Below are positions 12,780-23,000 of a stretch of DNA of 64,000 nt, in pieces (position 1 is the stretch's first letter; the number at the start of each line of letters is the position of its first letter). The notes under the pieces were generated by a model. The model searched no databases. It had not been told where the DNA came from and saw only the letters and a program-made list of their open reading frames with translations. Origin of the DNA: Camelus dromedarius (Eukaryota). The stretch is taken from positions 6,076,001-6,140,000 of the forward strand of contig NC_087446.1 in NCBI RefSeq assembly GCF_036321535.1, written 5' to 3'. Both the position numbers and the translations under genes were made by a program.

Positions 12780-13105
12780 TCCCTTGCAGCTAGGACTAGC
12801 CATGTGACTAAGTATTGACCAGTGAGATGTAAGGAGTAAGGGGTACAGCCAGCAGGAGTGTCCCTCAAGGAGGCTGGCAGACCCTCCCTCCCTTCCCCCA
12901 CCCTGCTGCTCAGGATGCAGAAGAGCCCCCCTTGGACGGCACCAACCAGGACAACATCCTGGGCACAGCGAGTCAGCCGAGCCAGCCACCAGACCAGCTC
13001 TGGACAACCTCCCTACAAACTGTACCATGAGAAAGAAAGAACATTCTCTTTGGTTTAAGGCCCTATTGTTTTTGCTTCTCTGTGCCTGAATTTATATCCT
13101 GACTG
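12780..13105. mobile_element. MLT1-type LTR relic
   Basis: cccttgcagctagg...ccatgtgactaag...gaccagtgagatgtaag and tggtttaaggcc resemble MLT1J/I; approximate. Confidence 0.5.
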
Positions 13106-13107
13106 GT

Positions 13108-13260
13108 TCTCAACTCCAAGGATTCCAGTTAGCATTTTGGGGGAAAGGGGATGCATGCTACTGGTTTCCAGTGGGTAGAGCCCAGAGATGCTCAGCATTC
13201 AGCAATGCAAAAGACAGCCTCCCACAGTGAAGGATGAGCAACAGTGCCACTGCTGAGGAT
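13108..13260. mobile_element. MER20-like DNA transposon relic
   Basis: ttctcaac...gctactgg...ccagtgggtagagcccagagatgct...aacagtgccactgctgag. Confidence 0.55.
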
Positions 13261-13407
13261 CCACTCTACCCACCTGGAGATTCTGTGTTCCCATCCCTAA
13301 AATGGGGAATATTGAGCTATCACGTTTTTTATGAGGACCCAGTGAGGTGACAGACACAATCTTAATTTTAGGAAAGGAGGTAGTCCTGCAAAGGTACTCA
13401 TGAAGTC

Positions 13408-13413
13408 TTTATT
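13408..13413 (-). terminator. Polyadenylation signal AATAAA for SMIM45
   Basis: TTTATT on +, about 1.0 kb downstream of the SMIM45 stop. Confidence 0.55.
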
Positions 13414-14417
13414 ACTGCAGTAAATTAAGATGGAAGCCCCAGAGGAGAGTGAGGCAGGTTGCCAAGCTATGCCCAAAAGGAGGTGGTGGTGCTCGACTGA
13501 GGAGGAGGGCTCCAGGGTGGGGTTGGGGGCCCAGGGGGCCTGGCTCGGTGGGAAACTGAGATTGTCCCTGGAGGTGCAGTAGGGACCAGGAGGGGAGGGC
13601 AGGGGCTCCTGCCAACTGCAACAGCCTTGGGAAAGGGGAGGGATAGGGAAGTCCAGCAGAGGGAGGGGGGGTGGGAATTGCTGCTGGTGGCCCCCACACA
13701 GCCCAGAACACGCACCCCGTCTCCACCACCTCCCATCCGACCCGGAGCCCCCACTCTTCCTCTCAGACATATATGCATCTCCTCCCCTCTCCCTGTCTGC
13801 CAATGTCCCCAAAGTCTATCACACACACACTTCTTCCTCTATTGCCTTGCCCCTTGCAAACTCCTCGCACACACTCACCAATGCCACACCTGGGTCCAGA
13901 GTGGTAGGGCTGGGCTGGACTAAGCTGACATTCCTCCAAAGAGGGCCCTTTCCTTGGGTCAGCGTTGAAGCCCACCACATGAAGCTGCAGGGTCGGTGTC
14001 ATTGGCTGGAGTGGGGAGCCGAGTGTAACTGAGGATCCGACAGGGAAGTGGGAGATCTGGAGACTCAGGACAGGCCGGGGCAGCTGCCCGTGACTCCAGG
14101 GGGAGAGGCAGGTGTGCTAGGAGGACAAAGGCACTGGGGCCATTGGGGGTGTCTCCAGAGCTGGGGAGGACAGGTGTGGGGTGAACTGGCTTGACAGGGA
14201 TAGCAAGCCCTGGGCCATCAGCAGCCACACCTCAAGGCACCCGGGTGCCCCATCTCTCCGCAGCCAGGGTCCTCCCGGATCACCTCTTCCTGGGAGGACT
14301 CAGGCTGCAGACGGATGGAGTGGAGGACGAGGGGTCGTCCTCCCTCTGCCCCTGGACCTCCTGGCTGGGCGGGGATGGAGAGGGAGCCCGGTGCCTGCCC
14401 CCTCAACCACTGTCAAT

Positions 14418-14624
14418 TCAGACCTCGGGGCTCCCAAAGGCCAGGTTGTCGCGGACCATCAGCGTCTTGCGGAGGTCACGGTCCACCAGGGGGCGCTGCA
14501 TGCGCCACTTGTGTGCCTCCTGCAAGCCGGGCTCGAAGTAGTAGATGCAGGCACCGAAGCCCACCAGGATGAGGACAGAGATGACCAGGTAAACAGGCAC
14601 GAACCAGTCCAGGAAGTGTGGCAT
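14418..14624 (-). CDS. SMIM45: Small integral membrane protein 45 (68 aa; CDS within one exon)
   Basis: MPHFLDWFVPVYLVISVLILVGFGACIYYFEPGLQEAHKWRMQRPLVDRDLRKTLMVRDNLAFGSPEV. Kozak gccaccgcgATG; one TM helix; near-identical to the recalled human 68-aa SMIM45. Acceptor ctCAGCAG with exon start at 14641 or 14638. Confidence 0.93.
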   Translation of the reverse strand: MPHFLDWFVPVYLVISVLILVGFGACIYYFEPGLQEAHKWRMQRPLVDRDLRKTLMVRDNLAFGSPEV

Positions 14625-17437
14625 CGCGGTGGCCTTGGCTGCTGAGACACGGTTGATGAGAGCCAGCAGAGGTGCCACTTGTCCCACCCACCCTCCCAGA
14701 AGCCTGCATGCTGGCTTCACAGAGGCAGAGGGTCAGAGCATCACTTTACAGATGGGAGAACTGAGACCCAGGAGAGTGGAGAGCTGTGACTCAGCAGCTT
14801 GGGCCCCCTGACCAAGCACAGAGCTGCCCCGACCACAGGGGCCCACCTAGCTCCTACTCACCCTTCTGGAAGGAAGCTAGGGCAGCCCTGGCTCAATCCC
14901 TTTCTAGTACGTGAGCCCTCAGGCAAGGTGCCTAACCCCTCTGGGCCTCAGCATTGCCCCTGCAGAAGGGGAAACAAACAGAGCCTTGGGGGATTCAGTG
15001 AGGTGACTGATCCCTCAGTAAAGGACAGCTTGGGCGGCACCTCGTGCCACTTGCCAGGTGCCTCACAGATGAGTGGCTCTCCGGCTACCCACACATCCTG
15101 GCCAGGTGTGGCTTGGTGAAAGCCTGGTGAACAAACATCTATCCCCAGGGGACCTGATTGAAATCAGTAGTGTCTGCACCAGCTCCCAAATTCAGGCTCA
15201 TGCCCAATTTGTAACCATAAGAGTATGGACACAGGTTCCAGCCCAGAAAGACCTGGATCTTGATTTCCACATCTGTAGAATGGGAGTGAAAGTCGTACCT
15301 AGGTCAGAGGGCTATTGTGACCATCAAAAGAGTTAATTTACACAAAATGCTTAGAACCCGTGCCTTGTGCTTATTAAGTGCTACATAGTAGTTTGTTCTT
15401 ATTCTCTGAGCTTCAGTTTCCTTATCTGTGAAATAGGCATAGAAGCAGGACCCACTTCTTAAGGTCTCTGTGGATGTTTAACAAGACAATGCTCAAACAG
15501 CATTTAGCATCATGCTGCCTGCTGCAGAATCAGCACTCAGTGAATAGTATCAGCTATTGCTATTCCCAGTGAACCAGGAATGGGGAAAAACGGGAAGGTG
15601 GAAGCTAGCAGGATGAAGGTGCTTCACAAACAGCCAGACTCCCTAGAATGGCCCAAAGATGCCCACATCTGATCTCTGCCAACCTTCCCAGCCTCCTCTC
15701 CCACACTACGTGCCATCGTATGGAATTGCTTGTCAGTCACTTAGGTGCACCTGCATGTTACACAGACTCCATCTTTGAAAATGCTTTTATTTTCCTTGGA
15801 ATGTCCTTTGCATTTGTGTTCATGTGGCAAACTCCTAATCATACTTCAAAAGCCACATCACAGATTATCTCCTCCAGAAATGGGAGGAAGCAGGACCCAT
15901 TTAACCCACCCTCAAACCCTTCCTGTGGGTGAGGAGCCCCACCTCTGCTTGCCAGGCAGCGAGAGCACTGTCAGAATGCAGTCACTAACCTTACAACAGG
16001 CCTATGGCATAGGTGTTACTGTCCACATTTTACAGATAAAGAAACTGAGGCCCAGATAGGTTCACTAATTTGCCCTGAGTTACCAACTGGGAAGTGACAA
16101 AGCTGGACCCCAACCCCTGAGTGATGTCCTGAGATTTAATGGGGAAAGATTCCTGAACAGAATGAAAAAAGCAGAGGTTCACTATGGCTTCCAGGGAGGG
16201 AAGAAAGGGGATGAATGAAATGACCTCTGGCGTAGACTGAAGAGAGACCCCAGCTTCTTAGACCTCTGTCTCCAAACTCCAACCCTCTCTACTTCCAGGT
16301 GGTCTGCGAGGTTGGCTATGACCCCAGGGGAGGGAGAGATGCTGCTCTCCCGTCCTGCATCCACCGGGAGCTCCTCCCCCACTCGCCACTTCTGAAGCAC
16401 AGACAATGTCTCAAGGTGCCCTATTCTATTCATGGAAGAAAAAATTTAAGAGTGTGTCAATGGCCCAAAGTTAGGGTTAGAGTGGTGCCCTCTTAACCAT
16501 CTGCCTTTCTGGAGAGCCAAAGAGAGGATTCAGAATGGCTTGGTGCTGCCTGGTTTAGAGGAAGGTGGGGAAGGGGGCCTACAAGCAGAAGGCTGCTCCA
16601 AACTAGCCTGAGTGAGGCCATGTGATTCATACCCTCTCCTCTGGCCCCACCCAGGACCCCAGCTTCCTTTTAACTTAAATGTGAGAATGGGGGACTTGGG
16701 CAGAGCAGAAGCCATTTCAACTGCAATGCTCTGGGTCTGTGGAGCAGAGTTCAGGGTGTCCCAACCCTTCCAGCCCTATGAAAAAAAATCCTAGGCATTC
16801 AGTCTGGGCAACTGAGAACCCCAGACTTTCTCCTGGCTTCTCAGAGGACTGGCCTAGCTGAAGCGTAGCACTCACTGGCCTTCTGTGTGACCTTGGACCA
16901 CTCTCACCCTCTCTGAACTTCAAAAGTTCCTTGCACAGTGATGGGGTGGGAGTGGGGTTACCAGATCATCTATAAGGAATTTGCTAGCCCTCATTCCAGA
17001 TAATGTCCCATCTAGGGCAGTGTGAAGGTTGCAGAGCCCCTTTCCCTGCCTCCCAAGCCGTTGGCACCACTCGATCCCCCACCCAACCCCATGTGCCAGC
17101 AGACCCACCTCAAGCCCTGCAGATGCCTGTTCCGGGAGCTCTGGACTGACCGCACCGCCTCGGCCTAAGCAGCTCAGCGTCAGCCCGTGGACTCAGTCGC
17201 AGCTGCTGTCCCCACAGATTCTGCCATCTGCAGCCTCCCTGGGTGCTGGAAGCCAAGAAAGAGTGAGGCCAATGCCCCTCCACGAAAGACAGTGTTTCTC
17301 AAGCCCAAGGGCTCTGACTGGGCCAGGAAGGGGCAGCCCTGGGTTGGCTCCGGCAGCCTGGTTCCTCTCACTGCCCATCAAAGACCCTTCCCTCTGCCCC
17401 TCACCCTCAGGATGGCAGGAGGTGGGACCTGCCTCAG

Positions 17438-17489
17438 CCAATCAGCAGCCTGGCAGAGCCAGGGCTTTATCCTCCGTTGCCCTGGCAAC
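17438..17489 (-). promoter_or_regulatory. Candidate SMIM45 promoter module: X-box followed by Y-box (CTGATTGG)
   Basis: GTTGCCCTGGCAAC at 17476-17489 and CCAATCAG at 17438-17445; local CpG enrichment at 17130-17200; candidate donor GCG|GTCAGT at 17151/17150. Confidence 0.45.
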
Positions 17490-18566
17490 CAGCCTTCTCT
17501 TCTGAATCCCTCGCACTGTGCACGTGGTACAGAGATGATGAGATGACGGGCAGGGCAGGGTTGGGGAAATTCAGGGAGGGATGGGAACCTTGCAGCAGGC
17601 TGCTGGGCCCCATGGCTAGTGGGCCTAGAGAGGAAGTGGCCTTGACCAAGATAACTGTGAGGGTTTGGAGCTGCGTCATTTGAGGGTAGAGAGAGTGGGG
17701 TCCCTGTCATGCGGGTAGGGACACAGAAGCAGTGACCAGTAGAGCCAGTGAGGGTCATATGTTATAGAGGGAAGAGCCTAGACTGATACTGAGTCTGGAT
17801 GCATTGGTCCAATGTGGCATTTGTCACAGGCCAGACACTGCTCTCAGTGCTTTATTTATATTAACCCATTGATTGGTCATCCAAGGTCACACAGCAAGAA
17901 AGTGGCAACGCCAGGCTCCATGCAGGGGCTGCCCCTCCTGGTTCTCCCTCACCAGCCCCAGAGTCCCCCTGGCTGGAATATGGACTGAGATAGTCATGGC
18001 TTCTAGGCACTGAGCCCCCCATATGCCAGGCATGGCCCCCACATCACTTCATCTGGTCCTCCAGCTGGGTAGGTGCTAAAGCCCATGATGCATTGAGGCA
18101 GCTGCAGCTCAGAGAGGTGAAGCTGCTTACCCTCTTCTCCTTCAAGGTCACTCAGCTTCTCAGTGACAAAGCCAGGGGATTGGAGCAGGGGTGAGGGGTT
18201 CACCTCCCAAGCCCACATCCTCCCTCCTGTGCTATAGACAGGGCCTGCAAAGTGTCAGGTGCCCAGTGACCATTCCATAAACAGCAAGAGTTATTGTCTC
18301 AGGAGGAGAGAGCATCCCTGGAGGCCCATGGGGTGGGGAAAAGACTTCAAGGAACCACCTCTCCAAGGAGTCCATTCCCAGAAACCAAGCATGTGCAGGT
18401 GGGAAAGGCAGTGGGCGAAATGGCTTCAGGGCCTGGGTCCCCCCCACCCGACCCCACAGATACCCTGCCAGGTTTAGGACCATCTGGGAGTGCTACAAGA
18501 GTGGTGGGGTCCTGTCCAGCATATATGGGGAAAGGAGAGTGAGTTCAAGTTCACAAAGGGGTTTTG

Positions 18567-19185
18567 TTAAGATATAAGGTACGTACAATAAAATACAAAT
18601 CTTAAGTGATGAGTTTTTACCTGTGCATACACCTGTGCAAACAACACCCAGATCATGTCTAGAATATTTCCAGCACCCCAGACAATTCCCTCCTGCCTCT
18701 TGCCAGTCAATACCCCCTTCCCAAAGGCACCCACTGATCTGATCTGTGTCACCATAGATCAGTCTTGCCTGTATTTGTATTTCACATGCATGGAGTCGTA
18801 AAGCACGTGCTCTTTTGTGTCTGGCTTCCTTCGCTCAGCACAATGCTTTTGCTCTCCATTGATGATGCTGCTCGTATCAGTGCACCACAGCTTGTTTATC
18901 TGTTCACCACTGAAGGACATTTGGGTTGTTTCCAGTGTTGGACTATTACGTGCACAGCCGCCCAAGTGCTGTTCAACAGCTTGGAGTCGGAGGGCAGAGG
19001 GGAGTTGGGGGAGGGAAGAGAAAGGGGCACAGAGAAACTTTTGGAAGTAACGGACATGTTCATTATCTTGACTGTGGTGATGGCTTCCTGGCTGTACATG
19101 AATGTCAAAACTTACCAAAGTGTACACTTTAAATATGTGTAGCTTATTACATGTCAATTATACCTTAATAAATCTGTTTTTTAAA
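18567..19185. mobile_element. Two old L1M 3'-end fragments in opposite orientations
   Basis: 18567-18960 reads as an L1 3' end on -; 18990-19185 reads as an L1 3' end on +, ending ccttaataaa. Confidence 0.65.
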
Positions 19186-20557
19186 GTGTTCAGTGACCCT
19201 TAGATATTGTTTTAGTCTCTTGAGGCTTTATTCACATGAAAGTTTACGGGAAATTCAATATGTATAGAGATAAAGTCAGAGTTGATTCTGTTAAATGGTG
19301 ATTAAATGGTGAGTTTCTGGGCCCCACCCACTCAGCTTCCTCCTGCCCCGCACAGTGCCCCTGAGCCATCTTCCCAAGGTTCCACAGAAGCCAATTTGAA
19401 AAACACTGGCCCGGAGGGTCTCTGATGGCCCTGCAAGCTCTGTGTGTTGATGGAAGAAGAAACTCCAGGCCTGGGTCTGGCCTTCCTGCCAGTTTCTAAC
19501 CTTCCTCACAGCATGGATCTTACACACAACTATTTTCTATTGCACGACCATCGGACAAGCACCAACTCACCTTGACACCTCAGCCAGCAGTCACCTCCCC
19601 AGTAAAGTGTGGCAGGAGCTCCACAGAGAGTCTTAATGCATCTTCCTCGGGCTCCAGCTGCTTCCGAGGGTGGCTCTCACCCACTGTGCTGCCTTTGGTC
19701 GTTGTTATCTGCCCGTCCACCACTGATAACTTGCTGAAGCATGGATGACATTTCCGTGCCTGGGTCACAGTGCCCAGCACCCAGCCCGGCCCAAGGTAGG
19801 CCATCAGCTCAGGTTGATCGAACGCATCTCAGCTCAGCCCTCCTGGAAAGTGCTGACCAGAGCCCAAAATCTTTCCTTGACTCTCTAAGGGCCTCAGTCA
19901 CCAGGCCCTCGATTGCCTCTCTAGCTTCATCCCCTCCACCCCTCACCCCACCTGCTTCAGCCACTGGCCTCCTTGCTGTCCCTCAGAAGTGTCAGGAATG
20001 CCCCCTACTTGGGGTCTTAGCGCTTGCCCAAATCCCAAAAGGGTTCTGTCCAAATCCTCTTCTTCACTATATTTAATTGGCTCCTCTCTCACTGCATTCA
20101 GACATCTGCTCAAACATCACCTTCTTAGAGAGGCTTCCTCCAATCTGAAGTAGCTCTTCCGACACATCACCATTTGTCCCCTACCCACCTTACTTTATTT
20201 TCCTAGGACTTACACTACCTGACTGTCAAGGAGTCCCCTCCACACCCCATGACATAGGGAATCAAAGCGCCGTTGTGCTGCGGCAGGGGCTCCATAAAGC
20301 CATGTACTTCCTGCTCTTTCTAAGCAAGATATAGTTTGGTCTGCAATGAGAAGGATTTAGGTCAGACAGGGAGTAGGCCTCTGTTGTCCCAGATGTCATA
20401 CCAGCGAGCACACTGTGTGATCGTGGTCTGACACCCCCACCACACTGAGATGATCAGTGATGTCTGGTTCATCTGGTTCTCAGGGTGGGGCACTGGATCT
20501 GCCCTAGGAAATGAGGAATGAATCACTGCTGAGAACAAATGGATGGATGTAACCAAT

Positions 20558-21900
20558 TCATTCATTCACTCAACAAATATGTATTGAGCAACTACTATGT
20601 ACTACGCACTTTTTAAAGTGCTGGACATACAAACTGAGAAAATCTTTTCCCTTGTGTATTTTATGATCTAGTTGGAGAGACAGACAATAAGCAGGTAATT
20701 ACATAACTGTTGGGGAAGCAAACTGCCATGGGCCCTGAGTCCCTGCAAGTTCTTGCTGGGTATGCCAAGAAAGCAAGGCCCTGAAAGCTCTTTACCCAAG
20801 ACATTTCTTAGGGTTGTGTTTACAGCAAGCAACCCTGAGGGATGAGGCAACATCTCCCCCCAGACAAAGAATAGGCATGCCTACCACTCACCATAAAAGC
20901 AGTGAATCTCTCATTTCTGTGTTCCTCTCCTATAATGCCATCCATGAGGTATACAGGCAAATGTGATGGGTTCTTTGCAGGGCTTGGGGGACACGGGAAA
21001 CTGACAAAAACAAATGTAAAGCCCCAGCTACTGCTTTTACCATGAATAATAATGTCCTTTGTCCCTTTCCCAGGAGTTTCAAGACTTCTGCAGCATCCCT
21101 GAAAAGGTAACAAACTATTGTTAAACAGAAATAAATAGTAACAGTTGATACTGAACAGTTGATTAGTTTGTAAAATCTCAGATGCTGCAAAGCTCTAGAC
21201 AAGATGTGAAGATTAGTGCTGTTGAGAAAAATGAGCCGAAAAGGGGAGAATGAGATGATGGGAAGGCTTGCTATTTTAGATAGAGTCGTTAAGAAAGGCC
21301 CCTCTGAAAAGGCGATATTGCAGAAGACACATGAATTAAATAAGGGGAAAAGCCAGGTGACTATTCGGGAGAACAGCATTTCAGCCAGAGGCAACCAGAG
21401 GGGCAGAGGTCCTAGAGTGGGTGACAGAGGCAGAAGAGCAGAAGATGAGGTCGGAGGGGTGGTCAGAACACACAGAGCTTCAAAGGCCATGTAAGGCTTT
21501 TGCAATGTACTCTGAGTGAGAAGGGAACTCTTGGTGGGTTTTGACTAGAGAAGTGTCCTGCTCTGATTTCTGTTTTAAAAGGCTGACTCTGATTGCTGTG
21601 TGGAGAATAGCTGGTAGCCCTGGAGACCAAGGTGGAAGCAGGGAGCTAGTGAGAAAGCTGTTACAACAGACCTGACTGAGAGATGACAGCGGCTTATCCT
21701 GGTGGTGGAGTGGAGGTACTGAGAAATGGTCAGCCTCTAGATGCATTTTAAGAATAGAACCTGCAGGCCTGCTCACGCTTTGGTTGTGAGGTGCGGAGAA
21801 GAGGAGACAAGAATGACCCAAGCTTTTGTTCAGCAGCTGCAAGGACTGAGTCAACTGAGATGGAGAAGATGTGGAGGGACAAGAAAGGAGTCAAGAACAT
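20558..21900 (-). mobile_element. L2 LINE relic (interrupted)
   Basis: ttcattcattcactcaacaaatatgtattgagc is the L2 3' end antisense, followed by typical L2 3' region sequence. Confidence 0.6.
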
Positions 21901-22049
21901 TGTGAATGGGCATGAATGAAAGAAAATGACTGAATGAGTCACTGATCATCTTCTTTGTTCCGGGAATGAAATAAAAGTCCTGCCCCGAAGGCACCACCTT
22001 ATGTGCCTAGGATCAGCGCTGGAACCTCTCCTCAGAAAAGGAGGCAGCG

Positions 22050-23000
22050 GTCCCTTTAAGAGAACGTCGCCCCGCCTCCACCAAGCCCCGCCCAGGCAGT
22101 GTCACGTGCCCCGCGATCACGCAAAGGGGGCGGGCCACAGGGTAGTTTGAAAGCCCCGCGCGCGTCGCAGGAGCGGTGGTTTGGCCTCTCGCTGGGATGT
22201 CGGTGTTGCGGCCGCTGGACAAGCTGCCTGGCCTGAACACGGCCACCATCTTGGTAGGTGTCAACAGCCCCGCTTCCCCCGGCCGCATCTCCTCCTTGAC
22301 TGCGCCCCGGCCTCCGGGTAACCAGGTCTCTCTCAGATGCTGGCGCGGGCTATCTGAAGAGTGTGGTGGGCGGAGGAGCCATACTCCGAACCAATCGGAG
22401 TAGCCGCCCTCTTTAGGCTGAAGGACGTCTCCACCAATACGTGCGCGGCGGGCTCTTTCCCAGTTTCTGATTGGTGGGGCGGCTGGGCGGGGAGACCGTG
22501 AGCCGACTGGGTGCCGGGTTTCCGAGATTCGGTTTTGCCGCTTCTTAGGGTCCGACCTACCGGAGAGACAAGGCTGTCCCAGGGGAAGTCCGGGGAGATA
22601 ATGAGTGCTGTCCGAACAGGACCGGAGCGGGTGCAAATCTCAGGCTCTCACCTGTGCCTGGCGGAGCCCTCTTGGTAAAGGGCGACTCGCGTGCTGGAGC
22701 CGAAATCTGGAGTCGCAGCCGCCTTGGGTCTGTGGCCTGATCCCCAGGCCTTCCAGCGGTTCTACTGTGCCGAGGTGTCAGTCGGCTGCTTTCTCTCTCT
22801 GGGCAGCTGGTGGGCACGGACGATGTTCTTCTGCAGCAGCTGGCCGGTTCGATGCTCAAGGAGGACTGCGCCTCGGAGCTCAAGGTGTAAGTAGTCTCAT
22901 GCCCAGGGTTGGGGGGTGGGATGGGGACTGTAGCCTGGGCGGGGCGGGGCGGGGCGGGGTGCGGGGGGAAGCGGGCCGCTAGAGAGGCAGGCATAGGTGT
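22050..23000. promoter_or_regulatory. CENPM CpG-island promoter with E-box, GC box, CHR and intronic CCAAT boxes
   Basis: GTCACGTG 22101-22108; GGGGCGGGC about 22126; CHR TTTGAA 22146-22151; CCAAT at 22391 and 22434; ATTGG at 22470. Confidence 0.75.

Noticed and set aside
14625-14720. 32-aa N-terminal extension of SMIM45 in the ORF track
   Set aside because: Starts at GTG and mostly lies upstream of the splice acceptor (intronic).
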